Shown: positions 1 through 9,969 of the stretch, piece by piece
Numbering within the stretch: position 1 is the stretch's first letter
Layout: each line of letters opens with the position of its first letter
From: Albugo candida
Lineage: Eukaryota
Reading direction: 5' to 3'
DNA: 45,297 bases
NCBI GenBank assembly: GCA_040437565.1
Contig: JBDOQK010000056.1
Coordinates: 186,001-231,297 of the forward strand
Notes under the pieces: model-generated
Seen by the model: the letters and a program-made list of their open reading frames with translations, nothing else
Told to the model about the DNA's origin: nothing
Databases searched by the model: none
Translations under genes and position numbers: made by a program

Positions 1-1
1 G

Positions 2-1933
2 TGGGTGGAGATTTCCCGCTTGGCTCGAGATTTGTACCTCGCTGTGATGGACACAATGCTTATCTTTTTTGGACGACATACGACATTGAACGTTCTCCAA
101 GCGCTTTGGCAACGAGCAGTGACGGAAAAGGATGTCATATCGATTGCAAATTTGCATGAAAAAGTGCTTCAATTTGATATTTCGCAAGCGTTCGATCGAT
201 GGAATCGCATCCAATCGGAGACATTGCAGTCACGCGACCACGCGTTCTCTTTAGAGAAACACATTGGACGATGCTGTCTCCTGTTAGCGGAACTCGCATG
301 GCGGAGCTGTACGCTGGCGGCAGCATTAGGCGATCCAATGAGATCAGTAAAGTCGTTACTCGATGTGGAACCTCGTCATACGACTTTGGAAATGACCATT
401 GAGTGTCTCGAGGAAGCAGGCTTACTTCTGTACGGTTTGGTGCAAGACACAGCGCTCGACGCACCTTTGGTCTGTGAGAATGTACCGCATCGAAAACACG
501 AAAGACTTCCGATGCAATTAGTGCGTCAGGCGCTTTGGATGATGGAATTCGCACTGCAAATGAACAATCTTCGAAGTATGCATTTACGCCAAAGTCGCAA
601 TGATATAAGTATCGACGCATTTGCATATGAAATGACATTCCGACTCGAGTACATTGCTGGAAAACTCGCAAAAAAACTATGGAAATGGCAATGTAGTAGC
701 GATGTCACGCAAACGCAGCGCATCTTGCGTTATTGGGTCCATGCAGACGGAGCTCGGGTCCTTGGGAAATTGGAACAACACGGCTATGGGCTCCTGCATG
801 CGTTCTACGCAATTCAGTCGTTCCGACTCCAATTACTGCTTTCGTATCCCAACGACCTGAAGCAATTGCACGTCGTATTGACGCATTCTTACGCATCGGA
901 AGCGTCCGAGTATCAAGTCGTGAAATCCATCAGACAGCCCGAGTCCACAGACCTCGAAGACTTGACGCTCGAGACAATTGCGCGTCAACCGCTTGAATTA
1001 TATTCTGCCGAAATGATCGGTAAGATTCGAGCCTTTGCGTTCCTCAACATTTTGGACGCGCTAGAATACGTCTGTACGCAAGATCGATACTTCCATTCGG
1101 CTCATTACACAATGGCGAAAGCATATCATTACGCACTTTTATTCTCCGGTTTCCTTGTGATGAAATGTCCCGGACGCATGGACACCAATACGTCGGCAAA
1201 GAACGCATTGTCGGAGAAAGATTTGCGGTATTTCATCCGCACGCTCGAAAATCGATCGAGAAGACATTCCGAAGCGATTCGAGAGCCTGTGGCTTCTCAG
1301 GTACAGCTGCTGGGTCTAAGTAACGCGCTCGACTGCATGGCGTCTTTGTTTGATAAGAAACGATCTCAGGTCGTTGCTGTGTGGTTTACGGAATCCATCG
1401 CACCGATCAAAAAGTTTGACGGACTCAATCAGCGCCAAGCAAAGTACGACGGCTATCGACTTCGATATTGGGCCTTTTACCTCCATCTTTTACAGCAGCA
1501 CGACGCGTATGGACGACTGAATGAGCTGACAATGTGGGCGTCTGCGTGTAAGGAACAACACGATGTGGTCGGATTCATGCTGGAAAGCGTCCTCCACGCT
1601 CGAGCGGATGTGTTGGAGAAGCGATTTGAACAAGAGTCCTGCGATTTCGATCGGACGAAAGCGCTTAGTAAAGTGTACGGCTTTTACGTCGACGTATCTC
1701 TCTCTCTCCATCGAATCGAACGTACGTCGAAAATGCGCTTGAAAGAACGCTCCGAAAAACTTCTCATCCGTCACACACAATTTGTGTGTCCGTCGACAGA
1801 CAAAATGACATCACACGAGTGGAAAGAGATCGTTTGTATCGCACGACAGAAATGTGAGGCGCTTTGGCCCGAGCGTACGGGGAAATCCAAGCACGTAAAG
1901 CCTCGTGTCAAAGCTCAAGACGGAGGCTATTGA
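2..1933 (+). CDS. C-terminal portion of a large helical protein, probably CABIN1/Hir3-like (HIR histone chaperone complex subunit); 5' end lies outside the window
   Basis: Frame is open to the window edge (>640 aa). Segments EYIAGKLAKK, LLHAFYAIQSFRLQLL and DRYFHSAHYTMAKAY resemble, in order, conserved CABIN1/Hir3 C-terminal motifs (YMLGKxxxK, YxLhasilKll, HYKslYrLA). Family call is from memory of motifs. Confidence 0.55.
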   Translation, partial: WVEISRLARDLYLAVMDTMLIFFGRHTTLNVLQALWQRAVTEKDVISIANLHEKVLQFDISQAFDRWNRIQSETLQSRDHAFSLEKHIGRCCLLLAELAWRSCTLAAALGDPMRSVKSLLDVEPRHTTLEMTIECLEEAGLLLYGLVQDTALDAPLVCENVPHRKHERLPMQLVRQALWMMEFALQMNNLRSMHLRQSRNDISIDAFAYEMTFRLEYIAGKLAKKLWKWQCSSDVTQTQRILRYWVHADGARVLGKLEQHGYGLLHAFYAIQSFRLQLLLSYPNDLKQLHVVLTHSYASEASEYQVVKSIRQPESTDLEDLTLETIARQPLELYSAEMIGKIRAFAFLNILDALEYVCTQDRYFHSAHYTMAKAYHYALLFSGFLVMKCPGRMDTNTSAKNALSEKDLRYFIRTLENRSRRHSEAIREPVASQVQLLGLSNALDCMASLFDKKRSQVVAVWFTESIAPIKKFDGLNQRQAKYDGYRLRYWAFYLHLLQQHDAYGRLNELTMWASACKEQHDVVGFMLESVLHARADVLEKRFEQESCDFDRTKALSKVYGFYVDVSLSLHRIERTSKMRLKERSEKLLIRHTQFVCPSTDKMTSHEWKEIVCIARQKCEALWPERTGKSKHVKPRVKAQDGGY

Positions 1934-2009
1934 CGGATGTCTATATAAAGAATCTATTCAGATAAGGCTCCGAGAACCCCGCTGACGTCCTGGAAGATGT
2001 GATACGCGT

Positions 2010-3260
2010 ATGGCTCTCACAATCGGTTTCTCGCCTTTCACGACCCTCATGACGTTCCAAGAAGCGATCGAATTCCTACCCGGACGTTTGTGGTATGCTT
2101 CACTCAAGCAAACGCCAATGCCAACGAGCGGCGTGCACTATTTTTCAATCGATCAGGAATTAGTGTATTGGAATTTTTATTTAGACTTTGGGCCTTTGAA
2201 TTTGGGGCAAACATTTGTGTTCTCTGAAATGGTAAATGAGAAATTGAAAAATGCCGCAAAAAAAAACGAGAAACTCGTGTTTTATTCGTCGACAAAAGGA
2301 CAACAGCGGGCGAATGCAGTTTGCATTTTGGGGTGCTGGGGAGTTTTATATCAGCAGATGACTGCAGAAAAGGCCTTTGAACCGTTCCGCTCGATGCGAT
2401 TCCCATCGTTCCACGATGCAACGCCATCGGTCTGTCAATTCAATTTATCGATTTTAGACTGTCTCCAAGGCCTCGAAAAAGCGATTCAGAGGCGATATGT
2501 GTCGATACAAACGTTTCAATTACGCGAGTATCAGCATTATGAACAAGTGGAGAATGGTGATCTCACGTGGGTGTCTCCGAAATTCATCGCATTTGCTGGG
2601 CCTCATCAGCAGTACAGTCGGACGCCGCAGGGTCATGTGACGCTCACACCGGAACAGTACATTCCTTATTTTAAAGCGAAGAACGTGACGCTTGTTGTAC
2701 GACTGAATGAGAAGCAGTACGATCAGAATCGATTTATCAGCGCTGGAATCGAGCATTTGGATCTCATCTACCCGGACGGGACGAATGCACCGATACCGAT
2801 CCTTCTCAAGTTTATTGAAGCTTGTGAGAAGACCAGTGGAGCCGTCGCTGTTCATTGTAAAGCCGGGCTTGGACGCACGGGTACTTGCATTGGAGCTTAC
2901 ATGATGAAACACGATTTGTTCACAGCCCACCAACTCATCGGCTGGCTACGTCTGTGTCGACCTGGAAGTGTCATTGGACCACAACAGCAGTTTCTCGAGT
3001 CGATCCAGTCCGTCATGTGGGCTTCCCATCCGTCCACCAACTCGTGTCTTCCAGGACCGATCAAAAGTGTGCAGCCAAAGCTTGCAGCTCTTCGACCTGT
3101 CGTCGTTCAACCGGTGAATGGAACCGCGGGTCTTTTGTCTCGTCGCGCTCCTGGGAAGATCTACTCATCCATGGGCGCTTTTGATCGGACACAGGGCGCA
3201 AAACTGAATGATCAAAAGCTTTTACGACGGCTTTCAGTGACAAAAGGTCCAATACATTAA
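2010..3260 (+). CDS. CDC14: Cdc14 dual-specificity protein phosphatase
   Basis: N-terminal A domain (YWNFYLDFGPLNLG, RANA, FHDA), ENGDLTWV.PKFIAFAGP, catalytic HCKAGLGRTG, RPGSVIGPQQ, and a C-terminal TQGAKL motif similar to QGD(K)L. Intronless. Start could be 2010 or the next ATG at 2049. Confidence 0.97.
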   Translation: MALTIGFSPFTTLMTFQEAIEFLPGRLWYASLKQTPMPTSGVHYFSIDQELVYWNFYLDFGPLNLGQTFVFSEMVNEKLKNAAKKNEKLVFYSSTKGQQRANAVCILGCWGVLYQQMTAEKAFEPFRSMRFPSFHDATPSVCQFNLSILDCLQGLEKAIQRRYVSIQTFQLREYQHYEQVENGDLTWVSPKFIAFAGPHQQYSRTPQGHVTLTPEQYIPYFKAKNVTLVVRLNEKQYDQNRFISAGIEHLDLIYPDGTNAPIPILLKFIEACEKTSGAVAVHCKAGLGRTGTCIGAYMMKHDLFTAHQLIGWLRLCRPGSVIGPQQQFLESIQSVMWASHPSTNSCLPGPIKSVQPKLAALRPVVVQPVNGTAGLLSRRAPGKIYSSMGAFDRTQGAKLNDQKLLRRLSVTKGPIH

Positions 3261-3266
3261 GTGTTT

Positions 3267-3606
3267 TTAGGTCTTCCACAAAAGAATGGAAACACCAAAA
3301 GTGACACTAAAATAAACGTACGTTTTGATTTCATGCGTGACAAATGCTCCAAACGAGTTGCCCACAATGCAATTCCATCCTCTACCATACTCCTTATCCA
3401 TATGACGACGAATAAAGTCGGCAATGCTTGAAAAGGTCTTCCCGGCCTGCAAGAGATAGTAAGGTAACTAAAAGACCCGGTCATTGATTACGCACCGTGA
3501 TTTGCAGCTGGAAGGCATCCTTAGCAAGTGCTGTCACCTTCTCCAGCATCGGCTCCGTCATATCCTCAGCATACACGACTGTTTTGGACGATACTTTGCC
3601 TCTCAT
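3267..3606 (-). CDS. Dynein light chain type 1 (LC8-family paralogue), 96 aa, two exons
   Basis: Exon 1 3606-3496 (MRGKVSSKTVVYAEDMTEPMLEKVTALAKDAFQLQIT), 49-nt intron GTGCGT...TTGCAG 3495-3447, exon 2 3446-3267 (AGKTFSSIADFIRRHMDKEYGRGWNCIVGNSFGAFVTHE...LLWKT). The DM, IA..I...DK.YG..W.CIVG..FG.FVTHE signature is present. Confidence 0.93.
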
Positions 3607-3735
3607 TGAAGTTTGAAGTCGAATGACCTTTCAAGATCCAATTTTTGTGACAATTAATGGGACATTTTTCCCACAACTTGTCGTTCTCTTTGGCATTGAT
3701 TTTCAAACTTGCTGCAGACTCTCATTTAGAAGGAA

Positions 3736-5961
3736 ATGGGGAATGCAAACGATTTTTGGTCCTTCCTTAAAGGAAAGGAAAAGATTGTGATATTTGGGGC
3801 GACAACTCGTATCGGAAGAGCTACAATTCGTGAGCTTGCGAGAAGAGAGAAAAAAAAGTTTAATATCACCGTTGCTGTCGAGGACACACACGAAAAAGCT
3901 CTGCTAAATCTCAAAGGGGAGAGAAAAATTCACGTTAAGCGATGCGACTTTCATGATTACGATTCTATACGCGAGGTTGTTCGAGGCGCAAAAGCCGTGT
4001 TATTGATACCTTTGATGAGTGAGCTTGGAATTACGTTCTCGAAACGAGTCATTGACGCTGTTGCAAAGCAGGATTCAGTTCGGTGGCTTGTCCTTATTAG
4101 CAGTCTTCTTGTCATTAACGACAGTGGTAGAGCAGACGATCCTATCGATAATCAAGAATCGAGTGTACGGGTTGACGCTGAGGCTATCGAGGAGATTGAA
4201 GGGTACGCGCGCCGAGTTGCACTGCATTCAAGGTCGGGTGCCCGTTCCGTCCTCTTACGCATTCCAGTAATCATGGAGATGCTTCTTGTGGGTCGGGATG
4301 AGATCATCTACGCTAGACGCTTTGAAAGCATTTTCGGTCAGAATCAGGTCATTCCTTTTATCGCATTGGAGGATGTTGCAAAAGCCGCTAGCGTCATACT
4401 GACAAAGCCTCGTTCAGAGCCATTGGAACAGGTGTATTCCCTTGCAAGTATGAAAAGCCTTGTGACACCGGCAGAGGTCGCCGAGGCGATTGGGAAAGAG
4501 GTTTCGGAGGATATTTCCTATCGGCAAATAACGTCCGAGAAACTGAGAAATGCGTATAAACGAAGAAGACTATCAGAGCATATAGCTTTTGTTTTGATCC
4601 AATTCAACAATCTTCTTCGGCAAAAGGAGAATACATGGCGGGGGGAGATGCTTTCCGATCATTTTGAGAAGATAACTGGACAGCCTATGATGTCAGCAAA
4701 AGAATGGATACAGAGGAATAGATTCTTTTTTGAGAGAACGCCTCAAAACCAGATACAGTTATTCGTCATTGGCGCTATCGATCCAGTGTTTTCTCAAACA
4801 GAGAAATTCGTCTCCAGGCTGACAAGAGCCTCGATCGGCTCGAACAACGCTTCGACAGATACAATGTCGAGGACGGCATTTTGTGCGCTCAAATCACTCA
4901 GTACATCACACTCCAAATCGGCGAAAGAGGACGCTTTGAAGCACTTTGATCCTCTCGAATTGGAAAGGCTTCTAGGACAGCTAACCACGAACGATGTTGT
5001 TGTTTTTGTCCCGCCCCTGCATCACGATATTGCAGATTGCATGAAAATCCTCAAAAGATTATTTGAAGCTATCAGGAAGACTAGAGCCCGGGGAGTCGTT
5101 GTGATGAGCTCCATATATGCCGAATGTGCAACCAACAAGAAGATGACCGATTTGGTTGCAATGGAGAGGTATATTGAGAAGTCGGGCGTTCCGTACGTTA
5201 TTGTGAGGGTACCAATGTTTATGGAATTCTTTCTCACAGTCCACAGAAACGAATCCGAAGCAAAAGACGACAACGGGAACAATCAGAAATGGGACCCTGA
5301 ACATCTACATGATCCTTTACTGTCTTCAGGAGAGCACTCAGCGGAAGATAGAAAATCTCTTACGAGCGGGAATAGGAAACATTCGCAATGGAACCTGCTG
5401 AGCTGGTCGTTGGAATCTTCGCGTCAGTATCTGATTTCCATTGAAGATGCTGTCAAATTTATGGTTGCAATCGCGTACACTTTCCCACTGCATTGTGACG
5501 GGTCATATAACATCTATACTGAAGCGTTGACTATGAAAGAAGTTGAAACCGTACTGCAAAAACGCGCTTCGAGGAAGTATAAGATTGATTTCTCCGAGGT
5601 GGAGGCAATTCAAGCGGATGGTACCAGCTGGGAGACGATCTACTGGTCCGAGGACTACACAAAAGCGTTTCTTGAGAGCTCTGTCGTCTTATCGGCAGAT
5701 CCGCCAATTGAAAGAGAATTAAGTTTTCAAGACGTTGTCAGCAATATTGTCGAGCCAGAGACACTGGATCGATGGGCTCATAAACATTCGAGGATGTACT
5801 CGCATACACTCGGCTATAGTCATCATCCCCCCGCGAGAAAGCGCTCCAATTTCAAGTCTCATGAAGATTATATAGCCAATTTGAATGGAAAAGAAAAGAA
5901 CGTTACCAAAGAAGGCGCGCGGCCGGTACAAGAAGACCCATTGAAACTCGTTTCTTATTAG
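3736..5961 (+). CDS. Protein with two tandem NmrA-like (atypical SDR, Rossmann-fold) domains
   Basis: 741-aa ORF. Domain 1: IVIFGATTRIG, LLRIPVIME, IALEDVAKAA, FEKITGQPMMSAKEW. Domain 2: LFVIGAIDP, ERYIEKSGVPYVIVRVPMFMEFF, ISIEDAVK, PETLDRW. Confidence 0.8.
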   Translation: MGNANDFWSFLKGKEKIVIFGATTRIGRATIRELARREKKKFNITVAVEDTHEKALLNLKGERKIHVKRCDFHDYDSIREVVRGAKAVLLIPLMSELGITFSKRVIDAVAKQDSVRWLVLISSLLVINDSGRADDPIDNQESSVRVDAEAIEEIEGYARRVALHSRSGARSVLLRIPVIMEMLLVGRDEIIYARRFESIFGQNQVIPFIALEDVAKAASVILTKPRSEPLEQVYSLASMKSLVTPAEVAEAIGKEVSEDISYRQITSEKLRNAYKRRRLSEHIAFVLIQFNNLLRQKENTWRGEMLSDHFEKITGQPMMSAKEWIQRNRFFFERTPQNQIQLFVIGAIDPVFSQTEKFVSRLTRASIGSNNASTDTMSRTAFCALKSLSTSHSKSAKEDALKHFDPLELERLLGQLTTNDVVVFVPPLHHDIADCMKILKRLFEAIRKTRARGVVVMSSIYAECATNKKMTDLVAMERYIEKSGVPYVIVRVPMFMEFFLTVHRNESEAKDDNGNNQKWDPEHLHDPLLSSGEHSAEDRKSLTSGNRKHSQWNLLSWSLESSRQYLISIEDAVKFMVAIAYTFPLHCDGSYNIYTEALTMKEVETVLQKRASRKYKIDFSEVEAIQADGTSWETIYWSEDYTKAFLESSVVLSADPPIERELSFQDVVSNIVEPETLDRWAHKHSRMYSHTLGYSHHPPARKRSNFKSHEDYIANLNGKEKNVTKEGARPVQEDPLKLVSY

Positions 5962-7220
5962 GAAGATCTAAGCAATTGTATTCCCGTCGTATCTTTTATT
6001 TTACATGCAGGACAGTAGATTACGCCGTCAAACCTCGTGGTATATGCGTGGTGAAGGCTGTACTCTCACCTATGCACAGTCAATTACGGAAGGAGCTCAC
6101 GGCTGTACGGGTCAATTATTTATTCAAATTGCTCTGTATTTGATCACATCAAAATTCAGAATTTGAAATTCATAATACCTGCCGAAATGCTAAGGAATTA
6201 CTTTGTATTCTGTTTGGTCTTACTGGCGNNNNNNNNNNNNNNNNNNNNNNNNNNNNNNNNNNNNNNNNNNNNNNNNNNNNNNNNNNNNNNNNNNNNNNNN
6301 NNNNNNNNNNNNNNNNNNNNNNNNNNNNGAATTACTTTGTATTCTGTTTGGTCTTACTGGCGGTAAGTCTCATGATTGTCACAGTATATATGATTGCGAT
6401 AGGTAGCCCAAAGAATCCATCATAGTGTCAAGTACTGAGTATTGCCGACTGAGTGCTGATAGCATGTTGTCGTATATTTTTTGCCAGTACTGCCCGCAAT
6501 ATGCGCTCGACTGAGCCACAGCGAAAAGTGTTTTATAAATATTGTATGCGTCAACTTCAGCTTATCCTCGGTGTAATTTGTTCCATCCGTAATCGAACAT
6601 GCACAAAATTCTCTTCACGTCGTTCTTCAAAGTTCTTTTTAGTTAAAGTGCATGTCATATGCAATGTGCGTTTTGTTTCACAGTTTGAAAGGTTGGCGCA
6701 AACCACATCATAGAAGTAAACAGTGCTCCAGCTTTAAGAGGATGCAATAGCATGCAATATAGGTATACACTGCAATAGTTTAAAGGCGACATAATTCCTC
6801 GTTTTGACTAATAACACAAAACGAGCTATATCTTCGCCGAGCAAGCGCCAATGGAGGTGCATTCTGCTATTTGCACACCTATCGAGCAGTGTACTATGTC
6901 AATTCTTATAGGTCGTAAGTGTGGTCTCTGTTCAGTGAGAATAGCTTATATAAAGTAGCGTACTCACTCAGTCTTTGGTGTGAAGCAGTGCAATCAGATT
7001 AACGGGATTTCAATCATTTTGTCTTCTTGAATGCAATCACAGCTGCATTCTATCGCTCAGGCGATTTTGTAATAAAAAGTATGTCATAGCAAATTGATCA
7101 ATTCTAGTATTCAACAATGTTTCTAGTGCCCGAGTTTCTCCAACTCGGAGTGGTGAAGCGAATCACTTTAAATTAGGTCGGGGAAGCATTCAATCAAGTT
7201 TTCAGATTTTTCGCACGCAA

Positions 7221-8240
7221 ATGGCACGCAACAGGCGAGAACGCATCCCCTTCGTATGGCATAATGCGCATTTATTTGGCATAAGTATCTTTCTTCTGTC
7301 CTATTGCGACCCAAATACTGTCGCTAAAGGGATTACATACATATTACTCGCCTTGTTCGTACTCAACTGTTTGGACATGTTTCTCGCAATGTATCAAACC
7401 TGGAAAGTTCCAACAATGAAAAGTCAAAAGGATTGTTATGCGCTTATCACAGGAACGACTTCGGGAATTGGCCGTGAAATGACGTATATACTCGCCGCGA
7501 AGGGGTATTCATTGATATTAGTGGCTCGTACGGAGGAAATTTTACAGCGTATGCGGACAGAAATTGAAGCTTCTTTCAAAGTACATGTACTCATTTTCCG
7601 AGCAGATCTATCCACCGATCGTGGAATTGAAAGTGTGGTAACATTTGTCAACGAGAAGAAGCTAGACATTGATATTCTGATCAACAATGCTGGAGCCTCT
7701 TATTTGGAATTATTTCAGGAGTTAACTGTAGCACAAGTTTCCGAATTGTTGACATTGGACTGGACAGCTGTCGTTCGTTTGACCCAAGCCATTGTACCGC
7801 AAATGATCTCGCGACAAAGAGGTCACATTCTCAACGTCGCCTCCGTAGCAGCCGCAGGGCCTATGCCGTACATGGCGCTTTATTCCGGATTAAAGGCCGC
7901 AGTCGATACATTTACACAGGCACTTAGCTTTGAGTTACGCGGTAGTAATGTGTTCGCAACAAGCTTCTGCCCTGGACCTGTCGACACAAATTTCTTAAAA
8001 ATCTCGATTGCAGATATTTCTATATTGAAGAAACTTCCTTTCCTGATGTCGAGCTCCAAAGATTGCGCAAAAGCTGGTATCGAAGCTATGTTTGATAGGC
8101 AGGTGTGTGCCTATGACACGATAATGAGTCAATTGGCTGCTTTTCTCCTTCGAGCGGTTGTGCCAACACGCCTACGTCTGGTGATACTCGCAATACTTAT
8201 GAAGCAAATTGACAAAGTTGGGGATAATATCAAGCAGTAG
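7221..8240 (+). CDS. Membrane-anchored classical short-chain dehydrogenase/reductase (ketoacyl reductase / 17beta-HSD-like)
   Basis: Two N-terminal hydrophobic segments, TGTTSGIG cofactor motif, LVAR, DILINNAG, NVAS, catalytic YSGLK, CPGPVDT. Confidence 0.92.
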   Translation: MARNRRERIPFVWHNAHLFGISIFLLSYCDPNTVAKGITYILLALFVLNCLDMFLAMYQTWKVPTMKSQKDCYALITGTTSGIGREMTYILAAKGYSLILVARTEEILQRMRTEIEASFKVHVLIFRADLSTDRGIESVVTFVNEKKLDIDILINNAGASYLELFQELTVAQVSELLTLDWTAVVRLTQAIVPQMISRQRGHILNVASVAAAGPMPYMALYSGLKAAVDTFTQALSFELRGSNVFATSFCPGPVDTNFLKISIADISILKKLPFLMSSSKDCAKAGIEAMFDRQVCAYDTIMSQLAAFLLRAVVPTRLRLVILAILMKQIDKVGDNIKQ

Positions 8241-8619
8241 ATACTTCAGCCTGCTGCTTCATGGCGACTATTGACTCGATTTGATAATATCTGAATAATA
8301 GCGAACCGTAATCTCATTTGATGAATTGCTTCCTCCATCATGAAAGCCTCCGAAAAGGGTTATCGCCGGTGATCTTTCTGTTTAAATGTTTGCGATTCGG
8401 TAATAACTAGCGAAGAGGGTAAATGGGCGATGTGTTGATGAAGAAGCAAATTCAAATTCGCATAATGAGCTTTTCGCTAAATGTTCTGTAATGTCGCATC
8501 AAGTGTAAGGATTAGNNNNNNNNNNNNNNNNNNNNNNNNNNNNNNNNNNNNNNNNNNNNNNNNNNNNNNNNNNNNNNNNNNNNNNNNNNNNNNNNNNNNN
8601 NNNNNNNNNNNNNNNTACG

Positions 8620-8789
8620 ATTTATAACATGGTACCACCTTACATAGATACATTCCAGCGGGAAACAATACCGCGAATTAATACCCTATTTGTTGGGTTG
8701 TCGAAGGTGTTCACCTGTACAATTTATAAAATGGTACCACCTTACATAGATACATTCCAACGAGAAAACAACACCGGGAACCAACCCCA
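8620..8789. repeat. Imperfect tandem repeat, period 102 bp, next to a gap
   Basis: ATGGTACCACCTTACATAGATACATTCCA begins at 8629 and 8731, with similar flanks. The array may continue into the gap at 8516-8615. Confidence 0.75.
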
Positions 8790-9031
8790 TCTTTGCTGGT
8801 AGCCACGTACAGCCCTTCACTCGTGTGCAATCGTACTGCATAATAGGATACTGGTATCTGGGAGCTTTACACATTTTATAACGTAAGGTCATGAAGTTGG
8901 CAAAGTGGTACAGCAACTTGCAGAGAATCTTCTCGCCAGAAAAGACAACGACTCTGTGAGAATAACATGCCTGCTGATTGTTTATTGTAAAGCGACCGTG
9001 GTCCAGCAGAACGCATTCTCCTGCCTTTAAT

Positions 9032-9047
9032 TCATTTTCGAATTTTC
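9032..9047 (+). promoter_or_regulatory. Oomycete INR+FPR core promoter element
   Basis: TCATTTT-CG-AATTTTC fits YCAYTYY + MWTTTNC with the usual 2-nt spacing and ends 28 nt before the ATG at 9076. Confidence 0.65.
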
Positions 9048-9075
9048 ATCACTTGCAAGAGCTCTCATAACAGCA

Positions 9076-9957
9076 ATGAGAGTGTACTTGACTCTACTCA
9101 CGCTGGCGCCACGTTTTTTGAATTTGCGAGGCATGAAATGCCCCTACGAAAAACAAATCACATGTACTACAAACAGCGACATGGAAACCCCGACATCCCT
9201 TCCTTTTCATGTGCCGTCGCCAGGTCACACAGATATGGAATCAACTTTTCTTGATCCTCAAAACTATTACTATATTGCGAAAAATTACCAGATCAAGTAC
9301 GAATGTCTCAAATCATCGGGCAAGAAATTCAAACTATCTTTTGAACATGTCCAACCCTATGGATCTGCTAAACATTGCCCGCAATTGCAATGCTATTTCG
9401 AACGCGGCAACGTGGGAATCACGACATCTCGTAATGTTGATAAGATGGACACGCCCATGTTAAAAATTCTCAGTGAGGGACCTAACTGGAGGATAAAATT
9501 CAAATGGGTGAAGCCTCAAGTTCCGCCCCGAGAGCATCCTTCTACTCCATTTCCTTTTATACTCTTTGAGGGCAAGGAAATAGAACTTAACTTTGGATAT
9601 TCAGGTCTCGGCGTACCTCCATGGAATTATCATACATTAAACAAGCATAGGTTCAAGCTTCTATTTAGCTTTGCAAGCGGAACAATTGAGTTGGACACAA
9701 CACATTTGCCTCTACACATGACTCAAGGAGATTGGGTATTTGGGAGAGGTGTTTTGGAAAAAAATGAGTGTTCTGCTTACAAAATCGGCAAAAATGGAAT
9801 ATCATGTCCATTTTGGCGGTCGTGGAGTGTCTCTCAAACATCAGCACATCATCAAGTTGGCCCCCATTCCAGACGGCAAAAAAATCGATTGATTCGGCTA
9901 GGGCTACTTTGCTATCAATACACTTTGCGGGCTTCAACTCTATGCGTGAAAATCTGA
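9076..9957 (+). CDS. Orphan, putatively secreted Cys-containing protein (effector candidate)
   Basis: 293-aa ORF with a weak signal-peptide-like N-terminus (MRVYLTLLTLAPRFLNLRG), several Cys, an upstream INR+FPR and no recognisable domain. The true C-terminus is uncertain. Confidence 0.55.
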   Translation: MRVYLTLLTLAPRFLNLRGMKCPYEKQITCTTNSDMETPTSLPFHVPSPGHTDMESTFLDPQNYYYIAKNYQIKYECLKSSGKKFKLSFEHVQPYGSAKHCPQLQCYFERGNVGITTSRNVDKMDTPMLKILSEGPNWRIKFKWVKPQVPPREHPSTPFPFILFEGKEIELNFGYSGLGVPPWNYHTLNKHRFKLLFSFASGTIELDTTHLPLHMTQGDWVFGRGVLEKNECSAYKIGKNGISCPFWRSWSVSQTSAHHQVGPHSRRQKNRLIRLGLLCYQYTLRASTLCVKI

Positions 9958-9969
9958 CTTACTTGACAC

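Noticed and set aside
135..5931. Numerous short antisense or alternate-frame ORFs over the main genes
   Set aside because: Shadow ORFs of long coding sequences with no motifs.
6196..6362. Direct repeat around the first gap (also 9970-10499, 11433-11892, 30317-30720)
   Set aside because: Identical sequence either side of 100-N gaps is best explained as unmerged contig overlap.
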